Positions 1-8,478 of a DNA stretch of 64,000 bases are shown one piece after another. Location: contig JAXHVD010000017.1 of the NCBI GenBank assembly GCA_034189385.1, positions 36,084 through 100,083 on the forward strand. The letters are read 5' to 3'. This DNA comes from Thermodesulfobacteriota bacterium (GTDB lineage Bacteria; Desulfobacterota; Desulfobacteria; Desulfobacterales; C00003060). A program made the position numbers and the translations under genes. Under the pieces are notes generated by a model. The model was not told the DNA's origin. It saw only the letters and a program-made list of their open reading frames with translations, and ran no database searches. How positions within the stretch are numbered: the first letter of the stretch is position 1; each line of letters begins with the position of its first letter.

Positions 1-1
1 G

Positions 2-607
2 ATTGGCAAGTACAACCTGAAACTCCTGACCCATAGTGAAGACAGGGATTTCACCAGCGTCTTTGTGGGCAAGCCCGCGCTGCGTCGTTTCCGGGAAGAC
101 TACCACCTCGCCCGTTTGTTGCAGGACTACTACTTTGTCTATGGCCTGTGGGTGCCGGCCTATGTCCTGGAAAAGGGGAAAATGGGCCGTGTCCTGGAGA
201 TCAGCGGAACCCTCCAGAACACGAAGATAGCCAGTTATATCCACGAGTTTGTCCAGCACTATGTGGATAGCCAGTGGGAAACATACAATGAAGACAAGGC
301 ATTGAATCGGTATCGAAAGACAGACTTTGCCGTAGGGATCATAGAGGGGTTTCGCTCCAAACTGAAACAGCAGGTCAAGGGGAAGAAACAGGTCACAGCG
401 CAACGAGGGCTTATCAAGCTTGAGGACCCCCTGCTCCTGGCCTATGCGGCCTATCGGTATCCCCACACGACAAACTTCAAGAGGGAGGGGTCCAGTCAAG
501 ATGATGATGTCTTAAGAGACGGGATGAAAGTGGGCAGAAAGATGGTTATTTCCAAAGGGATTACGGAAAAGGCTAAGAGCAAGAGACTTCTTTTGGAAAA
601 ACTGTAA
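2..607 (+). CDS. Partial (5'-truncated) DUF2786/SprT-associated-like conserved protein, C-terminal part
   Basis: Frame is open from base 2 (IGKYNLKLL...) through ORF 65..607. The 'KYNL' start and 'LEISGTLQN...IASYIHEF...DFAVGIIEGF' resemble the C-terminal region of DUF2786 proteins (recognised by eye). Confidence 0.55.
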   Translation: MGKYNLKLLTHSEDRDFTSVFVGKPALRRFREDYHLARLLQDYYFVYGLWVPAYVLEKGKMGRVLEISGTLQNTKIASYIHEFVQHYVDSQWETYNEDKALNRYRKTDFAVGIIEGFRSKLKQQVKGKKQVTAQRGLIKLEDPLLLAYAAYRYPHTTNFKREGSSQDDDVLRDGMKVGRKMVISKGITEKAKSKRLLLEKL

Positions 608-871
608 GCCTTGAGATGCGAGACCTTTTCACAACCCCTTCTCACTTGGTTCTGTGAGCGTCTTGATGGCCCAAGGCGCCCCGCATTCGCTCTTGGAGCT
701 ACAGCATTGCCTCGCCATTTATTCCTGTAGCGAGCTACAGGCTATTCTGACAAAGGCGAATAAACTGAGAAGGCTCTACTCCGCAAGCAAGAAGGAGTGG
801 AGCCTTCTTAGACTGGCACTGCTGCGGCGATGATGCGCATTTGGTGCCAGCCGTTTTATTGCCCAGACGGG

Positions 872-970
872 TCAACCCATCATGGTGACAAATACGATCA
901 ATATGATGATGCCAACAACACCGCATACGATCCAAACAGATAAGAGTTGCTTCCAGTCCCGCTCAGCCAT
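872..970 (-). CDS. Small single-pass membrane protein, 32 aa (MAERDWKQLLSVWIVCGVVGIIILIVFVTMMG)
   Basis: Translated by hand. Strong SD (AGGAAGGAGG) 10 nt upstream of the ATG and one hydrophobic helix. Below the ORF-track size cutoff. Confidence 0.55.
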   Translation of the reverse strand: MAERDWKQLLSVWIVCGVVGIIILIVFVTMMG

Positions 971-1281
971 TCTCAGAACACCTCCTTCCTGGACACGTCT
1001 GTACACTACTCTTCAAGGGCGGAAGGTCTTGGCAGTCGAAAGGCTCCCGTCGGCGGAGTGGCGTACTTACTGCATTCGGTCTAACTGGTGATGGTCCCTT
1101 TAGGGCACGGTCGATTTCGGGCAGAGGCTAGCGGCAGTGCAGATTTTTGTCAAGTCTTTCTATAGGATAACGGGTCGTTGGAGGAGGCCATAGGTGGGAC
1201 TCCCCAACCAGGACATGGCCCGCAACGCTTGCCAAGGCCCTCCTTCTATGCCATGGCAAGGCCTTGTATAGGTCTTCGGCA

Positions 1282-1788
1282 TCAAGGGGCCATATAGACC
1301 CCTCTTCGTATCCTCTTGATTTTTCCCTGTTTGAATGCCTTGGAGACAATATTTCTCACCTTGTTTTGATCATACCCTGTCTTCTGTGTCAGGGTGGAAA
1401 TATCAATCCCTTTCTTGGACCTCTTAATGAGCTTAATGACCTGGTCCGTGGCCGTCATGGACGCGCCCTTCTTTGGAGCCGCCTTGCCGACAGCAGGCCT
1501 CTTTGCTGGGGCCTTTGTCCCTGCCTTGCGCCTGACGCCTTGTTTCTTTACCTTCTTTTCCTTTTCGAGGGCCTCAACTGTCTTGGCCAGCTTCTCCATT
1601 TGGCGTGTCAAGCCTTTCAAGGCCTCAGCCGCCCGCTGTGCCGGGGATTTCAATTTAATGGCAGCCTGGGCGTGCTCAAGCCCCTCAACGGCCGTCCTTG
1701 TCAGTTGGGAGGTGAGGTTTCCGATTCTTTTTGAGAGTGTCTTGAACTCACTGGTCACAGCCCGCACGTCGTTTCTGAACTGTCTCAT
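1282..1788 (-). CDS. Basic, Lys/Ala-rich putative DNA-binding protein with C-terminal winged-helix-like domain
   Basis: ORF 1282..1854; ATG at 1788 preferred because GGAAAAGGA lies upstream. Coiled-coil N-terminus, KAPAK-rich linker, C-terminal 'TATDQVIKLIKRSKKGIDISTLTQKTGYDQNKVRNIVSKAFKQGKIKRIRRGVY'. Confidence 0.7.
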   Translation of the reverse strand: MRQFRNDVRAVTSEFKTLSKRIGNLTSQLTRTAVEGLEHAQAAIKLKSPAQRAAEALKGLTRQMEKLAKTVEALEKEKKVKKQGVRRKAGTKAPAKRPAVGKAAPKKGASMTATDQVIKLIKRSKKGIDISTLTQKTGYDQNKVRNIVSKAFKQGKIKRIRRGVYMAP

Positions 1789-1814
1789 GGATCCTTTTCC
1801 CCCTGTTCTTGGAT

Positions 1815-2093
1815 CTAACGGTGGTCCACCCGCTCTTTTAATTCTTTGCCACACTTGAAAAAGGGGAGCTTTTTGGCTGGCACCTCGATGGGTTCCCCTG
1901 TCTTGGGGTTTCTCCCCGTATAAGCTTCATAATCCTTTACATAGATGCTGAATAGGCCCCTGATTTCAACCCTGTCTCCAGAGACAAGGGTCTGCGCCAT
2001 GTTGTCAAAAAAAGACTCCACAATCCATTCGGCCATGCTTTTGGATAGGCCACTTTCCCTTGCCAACGCCTCTGAAAGCCCTGTCCTGTTCAT
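1815..2093 (-). CDS. ihfB: Integration host factor beta subunit / HU family
   Basis: 'GDRVEIRGLFS...YTGRNPKTGE...KKLPFFKCGKELKERVD' is the IHF/HU signature. SD GGAGG upstream. Confidence 0.9.
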   Translation of the reverse strand: MNRTGLSEALARESGLSKSMAEWIVESFFDNMAQTLVSGDRVEIRGLFSIYVKDYEAYTGRNPKTGEPIEVPAKKLPFFKCGKELKERVDHR

Positions 2094-2339
2094 GATGCCC
2101 TCCGATAATTAAGGTTAAATCAGTTACATATAAAATCAGCGCAAGAATGTCAAGGCGCCTGAGGCACAGTAAGGCTTGTTCGGAGCCTTTTCACCTTGCC
2201 GGCGCTGTAGATTAACCATTTGAAATTGCCATCTTTAGCCTTTCCAGGGGAGATGGAAAAACAACCTCTCAAAAGGTTTCAAAGAAATGTTGGTTTGGGC
2301 AAAAGGCCGTCCAGGTGGCTGCCCGAAGAAAAGATTCGA

Positions 2340-2803
2340 GCGAATCTCCCCATCCCTCTTTTGCGGAATAAAGATCAACAATTTGAAGTGATCTAAAAAT
2401 GTGGCGAGGTTTGAGGGGGGGCAGAGCAGTGGTTTGGGCGGTTTCTGTGCAATGGAAAGGTCGGGATGGGGAGACTCGCTTCACTTCGGCCTCCAATGCC
2501 TTTTGTAGCCGTCCGAAACTGATAGCTTGCAATGGCTGTACGCCTTCATTCAGCGAATCTTCCCATCCCTCTTTTGCCCAATCAAGATCAACGATTTGAA
2601 GTAAGGTAGGAGCGTAGGGGGGGTCGCAAAAAGGCAGAGTAGTGGTTTGGGCGGTTTCTGTGCAATGGAAAGGTCGGGATGGGGAGACTCGCTTCACTAC
2701 GGCCTCCAATGCCTTTCGCAGCTGTCCGAAGCTGGGTAAGAGGCAATGGCTGTAGGCCCCTGTTGAGATATGTCCAGCGAATCTCCCCATCCCTCTTTTG
2801 CCA
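2340..2803. repeat. Tandem ~213-224 bp palindromic element (about 2.3 units); another copy at 26650-26858
   Basis: GCGAATCT(C/T)CCCATCCCTCTTTTGC recurs at 2340, 2553 and 2777. Internal inverted repeat GGGATGGGGAGACTCGC / GCGAATCTCCCCATCCC. Confidence 0.85.
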
Positions 2804-3019
2804 AATCTGAGGGCTACAAGTCTTGACGGCCTACTTTTAGTGGAAACGAGGGGTCAGCCTTTTTTCAAGCCGCAGGCGCAAATTTGAGCAGGAATTTTCT
2901 AATCTTTTTTAGGTCCTTAAACAAGAAGCTCACGGGGAAGCCGAAGGGTGGGGCTTGGCTCGAAAAAGTAAGTGAGTGCCCATCCCCGAACGTCCAAGAA
3001 GGAAGTGGGCACTGGCGAC

Positions 3020-3162
3020 AGTTTCCAATTCAGAAATGAGCAGTTTTTCGCAAGATCAAGAAAATCAACGGATTGCGCGGAGGCGTACCGAGGTACGTCG
3101 CACAAGCGATCCGGCAGATTGACGCCGAGATTGCGGAAAAGGGCCCTTTATGGATGGAAACT
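3020..3162. repeat. MITE/REP-like long imperfect palindrome
   Basis: Ends AGTTTCCA...TGGAAACT with nested inverted pairs (TTTTTCGCAA/TTGCGGAAAA, GGATTGC/GCGATCC, CGTACC/GGTACG). Confidence 0.65.
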
Positions 3163-3213
3163 AGTGAGAAAGAGTTGTAAAGGGGTCTCTAAGTAGGAAA
3201 AGGCAGAGACTTG

Positions 3214-3289
<76 letters not shown>

Positions 3290-3307
3290 ACCCAAGTGGG
3301 GAACTCT

Positions 3308-4087
3308 TTATTGGAAGCCCCTGTTCTTGTCAATCCTTTTTTGGTCACCTCCAAGGTCCCCAAGCACATGCTGGAGAATGGCGCACGCGGCCATCGCCGC
3401 TGTGTCTGCCTTCAACGTTCTTGGCCCAAGGGAGACAGGAATGAAGCCGGCATCAGTGGCCGAGTTTACCTCTTTGTCTGTGAAACCGCCTTCCGGTCCT
3501 ATGAGTGCCAGGACCTTGCGCACCTTTTCCAAGGCCCAAGAAGACGACTCTGATCTGCTGTTGGTCTCGGTGTTGTGAAAGATGATTTTCAAATCATAGG
3601 CCTCCCGGGCTGAGATGAGCTCCTGGAAGGAGACTATCTGGCCAATATCCGGTGCCTTGGATCGGCCGCACTGTTTCAGGGCCTCCCTGGCAATGGTTTC
3701 CCATCGCCGCCGTCTCTCGGCCAGGGGCCCGGGCCTGGGCCGGGGCACACTCCGTTCAGCCATAAAGGGGATGAACCGCGAGGCCCCCAATTCGGTCAAC
3801 TGCCTGACCATGCGATCCATCTTTCTGGCCTTCAAAAAGCCCTGTCCCATGGTGATCTTGAGATGTGATTCCGAGATGTCAGGGAATTGGTCCAAGAGCA
3901 AAAAGGTGATGGCCCGTGGGGTGCTCCCGGTGATGCGGGCACGGTATTGCCATCCCTGGCCGTCAAAGAGTGAAACCTCGTCACCAGGTCCCAGTCTCAA
4001 GACCGTCCTGATATGCCTCACATCTGCTCCCTCAAGGACCAGTCTGTCCTGACGGATCTGCGTTCTGTCAATGAAAAAGCGTCTCAT
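3308..4087 (-). CDS. rsmE: 16S rRNA (uracil1498-N3)-methyltransferase
   Basis: 'MRRFF...HIRTVLRL', 'LTELGA', 'EALKQCGR', 'IGPEGGF' and 'SLGPRTLKADTA' motifs. Confidence 0.95.
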   Translation of the reverse strand: MRRFFIDRTQIRQDRLVLEGADVRHIRTVLRLGPGDEVSLFDGQGWQYRARITGSTPRAITFLLLDQFPDISESHLKITMGQGFLKARKMDRMVRQLTELGASRFIPFMAERSVPRPRPGPLAERRRRWETIAREALKQCGRSKAPDIGQIVSFQELISAREAYDLKIIFHNTETNSRSESSSWALEKVRKVLALIGPEGGFTDKEVNSATDAGFIPVSLGPRTLKADTAAMAACAILQHVLGDLGGDQKRIDKNRGFQ

Positions 4088-4252
4088 GATGTGGCTCTTC
4101 CCGTTGTTCGATGGGCCAGGCCATTTATATTATGGATTATGTTATATTTCAAGGAGATGTAGCGATGGCGCCCCTGCTGACAGCAAAGAGGCCATGGCGC
4201 CAAAGGGGACTAGGGCCCGTTTCTTGCTGTCACGGGTGGCCTCACAAAGGTC

Positions 4253-4282
4253 TTGACATATAGGAACGAGTCGTGATATTTT
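4253..4282 (+). promoter_or_regulatory. Putative sigma70 promoter for the 4370 gene
   Basis: TTGACA, 18-nt spacer, TATTTT preceded by TGn (extended -10), in the divergent rsmE/4370 intergenic region. Confidence 0.4.
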
Positions 4283-4369
4283 TATTAAGGAAATCAAAGA
4301 CTAGAGGAATTTGACTTTTCGCGGCATTGACCTTGTCCACGTGCCACCCAAATCAAAAAGGATCTGACC

Positions 4370-5137
4370 ATGGACACCGAAGAAAAAGACAAAGAGCTTC
4401 GCACATCGCAAGAGACCAGCCCATCGGAAGAGATTGACGATATGCAAGACGTCCTGGACCTGCTTGATGGCACCCCGGAAGAGGATGAAGGGGTTGGGGC
4501 AATGGACAGGATAGAGGAGAAGCTGGACGCAGAAGAGGGTGAAGAAGACCTTATTGATCTGATCGACATGGTCGACGAGGTGCCCCCAGAGGACAGGGCC
4601 CAGGATATCCCCATTGAGACCCTTGAGGGGGAACCTGAGGAGCCCCTCTCACTGGAGCTTGAGACGCCGGCAGAAGAGGAAATCCTCGACTTGGTCGATG
4701 AGGTGCAGGCGGAACCTGAGTCCACAGACGAGATCATTGACCTTGCAGGTGTGGTGGAAGACCAGGACCAAGGGGCCCAGGCCGAGGCGACGTTGGGTTA
4801 TTCCGATGCCGACTTTGACCTAGAGGCGTCCGAAGATGAGAGCAGGCTTTCAGAGGATTTAGGGATAAAGATGCCTGAAGCGCCCCTTGACGTTTTTGTT
4901 GCCGAGGAGCCAACGGAGCCATCTCCCGTCCAAGAGCCTATGTCAGGGGAGGCTCTCCAGCCCACTGATGAGATGCTGGCATCGATAGTGGCGGAAAGGT
5001 TATCTGACGAAAGGATAGAAGAAATCATCACACGGGTGGCCAAGGAGACCATGGAGAAAAAGGCCGAACGCATCCTCCTTGAGGCGGCCCAGGAGGCTAT
5101 TGCAAAGAGGATAGAAAAACTGAAGCAAGCCCTTTAG
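4370..5137 (+). CDS. Highly acidic, disordered protein with C-terminal amphipathic helices (PopZ/RomR C-terminus-like)
   Basis: D/E-rich, with repeated (D/E)(L/I/V)(L/I)DL motifs. C-terminus 'ERIEEIITRVAKETMEKKAERILLEAAQEAIAKRIEKLK'. Lies upstream of valS. Confidence 0.6.
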   Translation: MDTEEKDKELRTSQETSPSEEIDDMQDVLDLLDGTPEEDEGVGAMDRIEEKLDAEEGEEDLIDLIDMVDEVPPEDRAQDIPIETLEGEPEEPLSLELETPAEEEILDLVDEVQAEPESTDEIIDLAGVVEDQDQGAQAEATLGYSDADFDLEASEDESRLSEDLGIKMPEAPLDVFVAEEPTEPSPVQEPMSGEALQPTDEMLASIVAERLSDERIEEIITRVAKETMEKKAERILLEAAQEAIAKRIEKLKQAL

Positions 5138-5165
5138 GGGGGGCAATTTTTGGGAAACAGACTAT

Positions 5166-5378
5166 TGTTGAAATCGTAAAAAGTTCCTTTCGCTCTCTCC
5201 GTGAGCATTTGCGCCTGTGGGCTTGAGTAAAGAGGGGCGCACTTAGAATATTCGGCTAAAATGCTAAAACTCGGGCTAACGCCCTCAAACAGTTAGCATT
5301 TCTTAACGCCGAACATCCCAAGTGCTTTTTCCCAAAATGCTCAATGTCGTTTGCAAAAGACTTTTTACGAAACCGTCA
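5166..5378. mobile_element. MITE-like element with imperfect terminal inverted repeats
   Basis: TCGTAAAAAGT ... ACTTTTTACGA inverted core at the ends, plus an internal hairpin. Relatives at 9990-10102, 17090-17290 and 2860-2890. Confidence 0.7.
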
Positions 5379-5492
5379 CTATTGAGTTATTCAGGGGATT
5401 AAGATATTAATCCCCTTTTTAGTTGTGCGCTCGGCAGGGCGCACCCGATTGGAATGCCTTTGCTTGTGGGTAAAAGGGGTTTCAATGGGGCG

Positions 5493-5659
5493 TTGAACCG
5501 ATTAAGCGAGCGCATTCCCCGTAGGTTCCGCCTGACGGCAGTGGTTCTGCGCGTTGGCAGTGCTAGCGCGGCGCGGGCTGCGGGGTTAGCGAGCGTATAT
5601 AAAATGAGACATATTCCTTACGGTCGAAGATTCCCTGCAGCTTGCTGCAGGGTCTTCAA
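5493..5659. mobile_element. Non-autonomous hairpin element (TTGAA...TTCAA), possibly IS200/IS605-derived
   Basis: Subterminal hairpin CCCTGCAGC-TT-GCTGCAGGG. A short copy with the same ends is at 9319-9369. Confidence 0.6.
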
Positions 5660-5769
5660 AGGAATTTCGGTTTGGGCAAGGGCCCGTTAAAAACGTGTGA
5701 GAAAAGAGGCTCTTTCTTGCATCATGGAATTCTGTGGTGCACGGGGGCCAAGGCTAGGAGTGAAATCGG

Positions 5770-8478
5770 ATGAGTTCAGACACGGTGCTAAAGAAGGGCT
5801 ACGAACCACAGGAGGTGGAGAGGCGCTGGTACGCATACTGGGAAAAGGAAGGGCTTTTTGCGGCCAAGGATGACAGTAGCGAGAAGCCTTTTTCCATTGT
5901 CATCCCGCCCCCGAATGTGACGGGGGTGCTGCACATGGGCCATGCCCACAACAACACGCTTCAGGATATCCTTTGTCGGTACCGACGTATGCAGGGCTAC
6001 AATGTGCTGTGGATGCCAGGTACGGACCATGCAGGGATTGCCACCCAGAACGTGGTAGAGAAGGGCTTGGCCCAAGAGGGGATGACCCGCCACAGTGTGG
6101 GGCGGGAGGAATTCATCGAGCGGGTGTGGCAATGGCGGCGGGAATATGGCGGCCTGATTATTAAGCAGCTCAAGCGCCTCGGGGCCTCCTGCGATTGGGA
6201 CCGGGAACGTTTCACCATGGACGAAGGCCTGTCTCGCGCCGTAAGGACGGTCTTTGTGAGACTCTACGAGGAGGGCCTGATCTATCGGGGAGACTATATC
6301 ATTAATTGGTGCCCCCGCTGTCAGACGGCCCTGTCAGACTTGGAGGTAAGTCACGAGGATCACAACGGTCACCTCTATTATATCAGGTACCCCCTTGAAG
6401 ACGGCAAAGGCGGCGTGGTCGTGGCCACGACCAGGCCCGAGACCATGCTGGGAGACACAGCGGTGGCCGTCAATCCCAGCGATGAGCGCCACAGCAGCCT
6501 TCATGGAAAGCGGGTGATCTTGCCGCTGATGAATCGCAAGATTCCCGTGATCCTAGAGGAATATGTGGATACCAAGTTTGGAACCGGTGCCCTGAAGATC
6601 ACGCCGGCCCACGATCCAAACGATTTCGAAATAGGTCAGCGCCATCACCTGGAGACTGTCACCGTCATTGGGGGCGATGGCCGCATGAACGCCCAGGCCG
6701 GCCCTTTTAAAGGGCAAGATCGGTTTGAATGTCGGGAAAGGGTATTGGAGGCCCTGAAGGCGGAAGGCCTCCTTGAAAAGATAGAGCCCTATCAGCACAG
6801 TGTGGGGCACTGCTATCGCTGTAGAACGACAGTGGAGCCCTATCTTTCCAAGCAATGGTTTGTCAAGGTAAAGCCCTTGGCAGAGGAGGCTATTGCTGCC
6901 GTCAAGGCCGGTGACACCCGCATCATACCGGACATCTGGACAAATACCTTCTTTGAGTGGATGAACAACATCAGGGATTGGTGCATTTCCAGACAGATCT
7001 GGTGGGGACATCGCATACCGGCCTGGACCTGCCAGGGGTGCGGCAAGATGATCGTGGCCATGGAAGCCCCGGAGGCGTGCCCTGACTGTAAGGGGACGGC
7101 CCTTATCCAGGAGACCGATGTCCTGGATACGTGGTTCAGTTCAGCCTTATGGCCCTTTTCCACGATGGGGTGGCCAGACCATACCCAGACCGTGAAGACC
7201 TTTTACCCCACCTCTGTCCTGGTGACCGGCTTTGACATCCTTTTCTTCTGGGTGGCCCGAATGATGATGATGGGACTCCATTTCATGAAGGAAGTCCCCT
7301 TCAGGGATGTCTATATCCATGCCCTGGTCCGCGATGCCGAGGGGAAGAAGATGAGCAAGTCAAAGGGAAACGTCATTGATCCCCTCTACGTGATTGACGA
7401 ATTCGGCACCGATGCCTTCCGGTTTACCCTGGCCGCCTTTGCCGCCCAGGGGCGCGATATCAAGCTCTCTGAAGACCGCATAGAAGGGTACCGTCACTTC
7501 ATCAACAAGCTCTGGAATGCTTTCCGCTTTTCTCTGATGCACCTGAAGGATTTTGATCCCCATTCCATGGACGGAAGGGGCAACCATCTCTCCCTGGCAG
7601 ACAGGTGGATCCTCAGCCGGCTGGAGGGGGTCATTGAGGCCGTGACGACGGCCATCGAAGGGTACAAGTTCAATGAGGCGGCCAGTGCCCTCTATCGATT
7701 CGTGTGGCATGAATTCTGCGATTGGTACCTGGAAATCATTAAACCGGTGTTGTACGGAGAACCTGATGAGGATGGCACGGGCCCTGGAAAGGATAGGGGT
7801 CCAGGATCCTCCCCATATGAAGCCACGCGATCCGTGCTCTGGTCCGTTCTCAACGAAACGGTCCGTCTCCTGCACCCACTTATTCCATTTGTGACAGAAG
7901 AGCTCTGGCACAAGCTCCCTGGGACCCAAGGCTCTGTCATGAAGGCCCCGTTCCCCGTGGCCTCCAAGGATCGTCGGGATGGTGAGGCAGAAGCAACGGT
8001 GGATCTTCTCAAGGGGATCACCAGCGGCATTCGAAACATTAGGGGCGAGATGAACGTTCCACCGGCGCGGGTGGTGGACGTGATGGTGCAGTCGGCAGAC
8101 CAGGAGGTGGGTCAGATCCTCGAGCAATATGGCGACATCGTCATCAATCTGGCCAAGCTGGCCAGCCTGAAGGTAACGGCGCCAGGAGAGCGGCCTCCCT
8201 TTTGCGCGGCCTCTGTCTTTGGTGACAGCACCATTTTTGTTTCTTTAAAGGACATCATTGATTTTGAGGCGGAAGAGGCCCGCCTGGACAAAGAGATCAA
8301 CAAGATCGACAAAGAGCTTGGCGGTGTTGGCAAGAAGCTGGGTAACCAAGACTTCTTAAGCAAGGCCCCTGAGAAGGTTGTGGAAGGGGTGCGGGCAAAG
8401 CAGGGGAGACTGGCAGAAAAAAAGAAGAAGTTAGAGGCTCAACTAGAGGCTGTGAGGCAAGTAGCGGGAAATGGATAG
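5770..8478 (+). CDS. valS: Valine--tRNA ligase
   Basis: PPPNVTG, HMGH, WCISRQ and KMSKS motifs; C-terminal coiled coil; SD AGGAG. Confidence 0.98.
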   Translation: MSSDTVLKKGYEPQEVERRWYAYWEKEGLFAAKDDSSEKPFSIVIPPPNVTGVLHMGHAHNNTLQDILCRYRRMQGYNVLWMPGTDHAGIATQNVVEKGLAQEGMTRHSVGREEFIERVWQWRREYGGLIIKQLKRLGASCDWDRERFTMDEGLSRAVRTVFVRLYEEGLIYRGDYIINWCPRCQTALSDLEVSHEDHNGHLYYIRYPLEDGKGGVVVATTRPETMLGDTAVAVNPSDERHSSLHGKRVILPLMNRKIPVILEEYVDTKFGTGALKITPAHDPNDFEIGQRHHLETVTVIGGDGRMNAQAGPFKGQDRFECRERVLEALKAEGLLEKIEPYQHSVGHCYRCRTTVEPYLSKQWFVKVKPLAEEAIAAVKAGDTRIIPDIWTNTFFEWMNNIRDWCISRQIWWGHRIPAWTCQGCGKMIVAMEAPEACPDCKGTALIQETDVLDTWFSSALWPFSTMGWPDHTQTVKTFYPTSVLVTGFDILFFWVARMMMMGLHFMKEVPFRDVYIHALVRDAEGKKMSKSKGNVIDPLYVIDEFGTDAFRFTLAAFAAQGRDIKLSEDRIEGYRHFINKLWNAFRFSLMHLKDFDPHSMDGRGNHLSLADRWILSRLEGVIEAVTTAIEGYKFNEAASALYRFVWHEFCDWYLEIIKPVLYGEPDEDGTGPGKDRGPGSSPYEATRSVLWSVLNETVRLLHPLIPFVTEELWHKLPGTQGSVMKAPFPVASKDRRDGEAEATVDLLKGITSGIRNIRGEMNVPPARVVDVMVQSADQEVGQILEQYGDIVINLAKLASLKVTAPGERPPFCAASVFGDSTIFVSLKDIIDFEAEEARLDKEINKIDKELGGVGKKLGNQDFLSKAPEKVVEGVRAKQGRLAEKKKKLEAQLEAVRQVAGNG

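Noticed and set aside
724..741. Hairpin CCTGTAGC-GA-GCTACAGG as a terminator
   Set aside because: No U-tract on either side; more likely a remnant of the hairpin repeat family.
2269..2790. 173-aa minus-strand ORF with internal duplication, and similar ORFs at 26475-26887
   Set aside because: These are translations of the non-coding repeat element.
7762..7820. Gly/Pro-rich extra loop in ValS (DEDGTGPGKDRGPGSSP)
   Set aside because: Probably an ordinary variable surface loop; no repeat periodicity or intein motifs.
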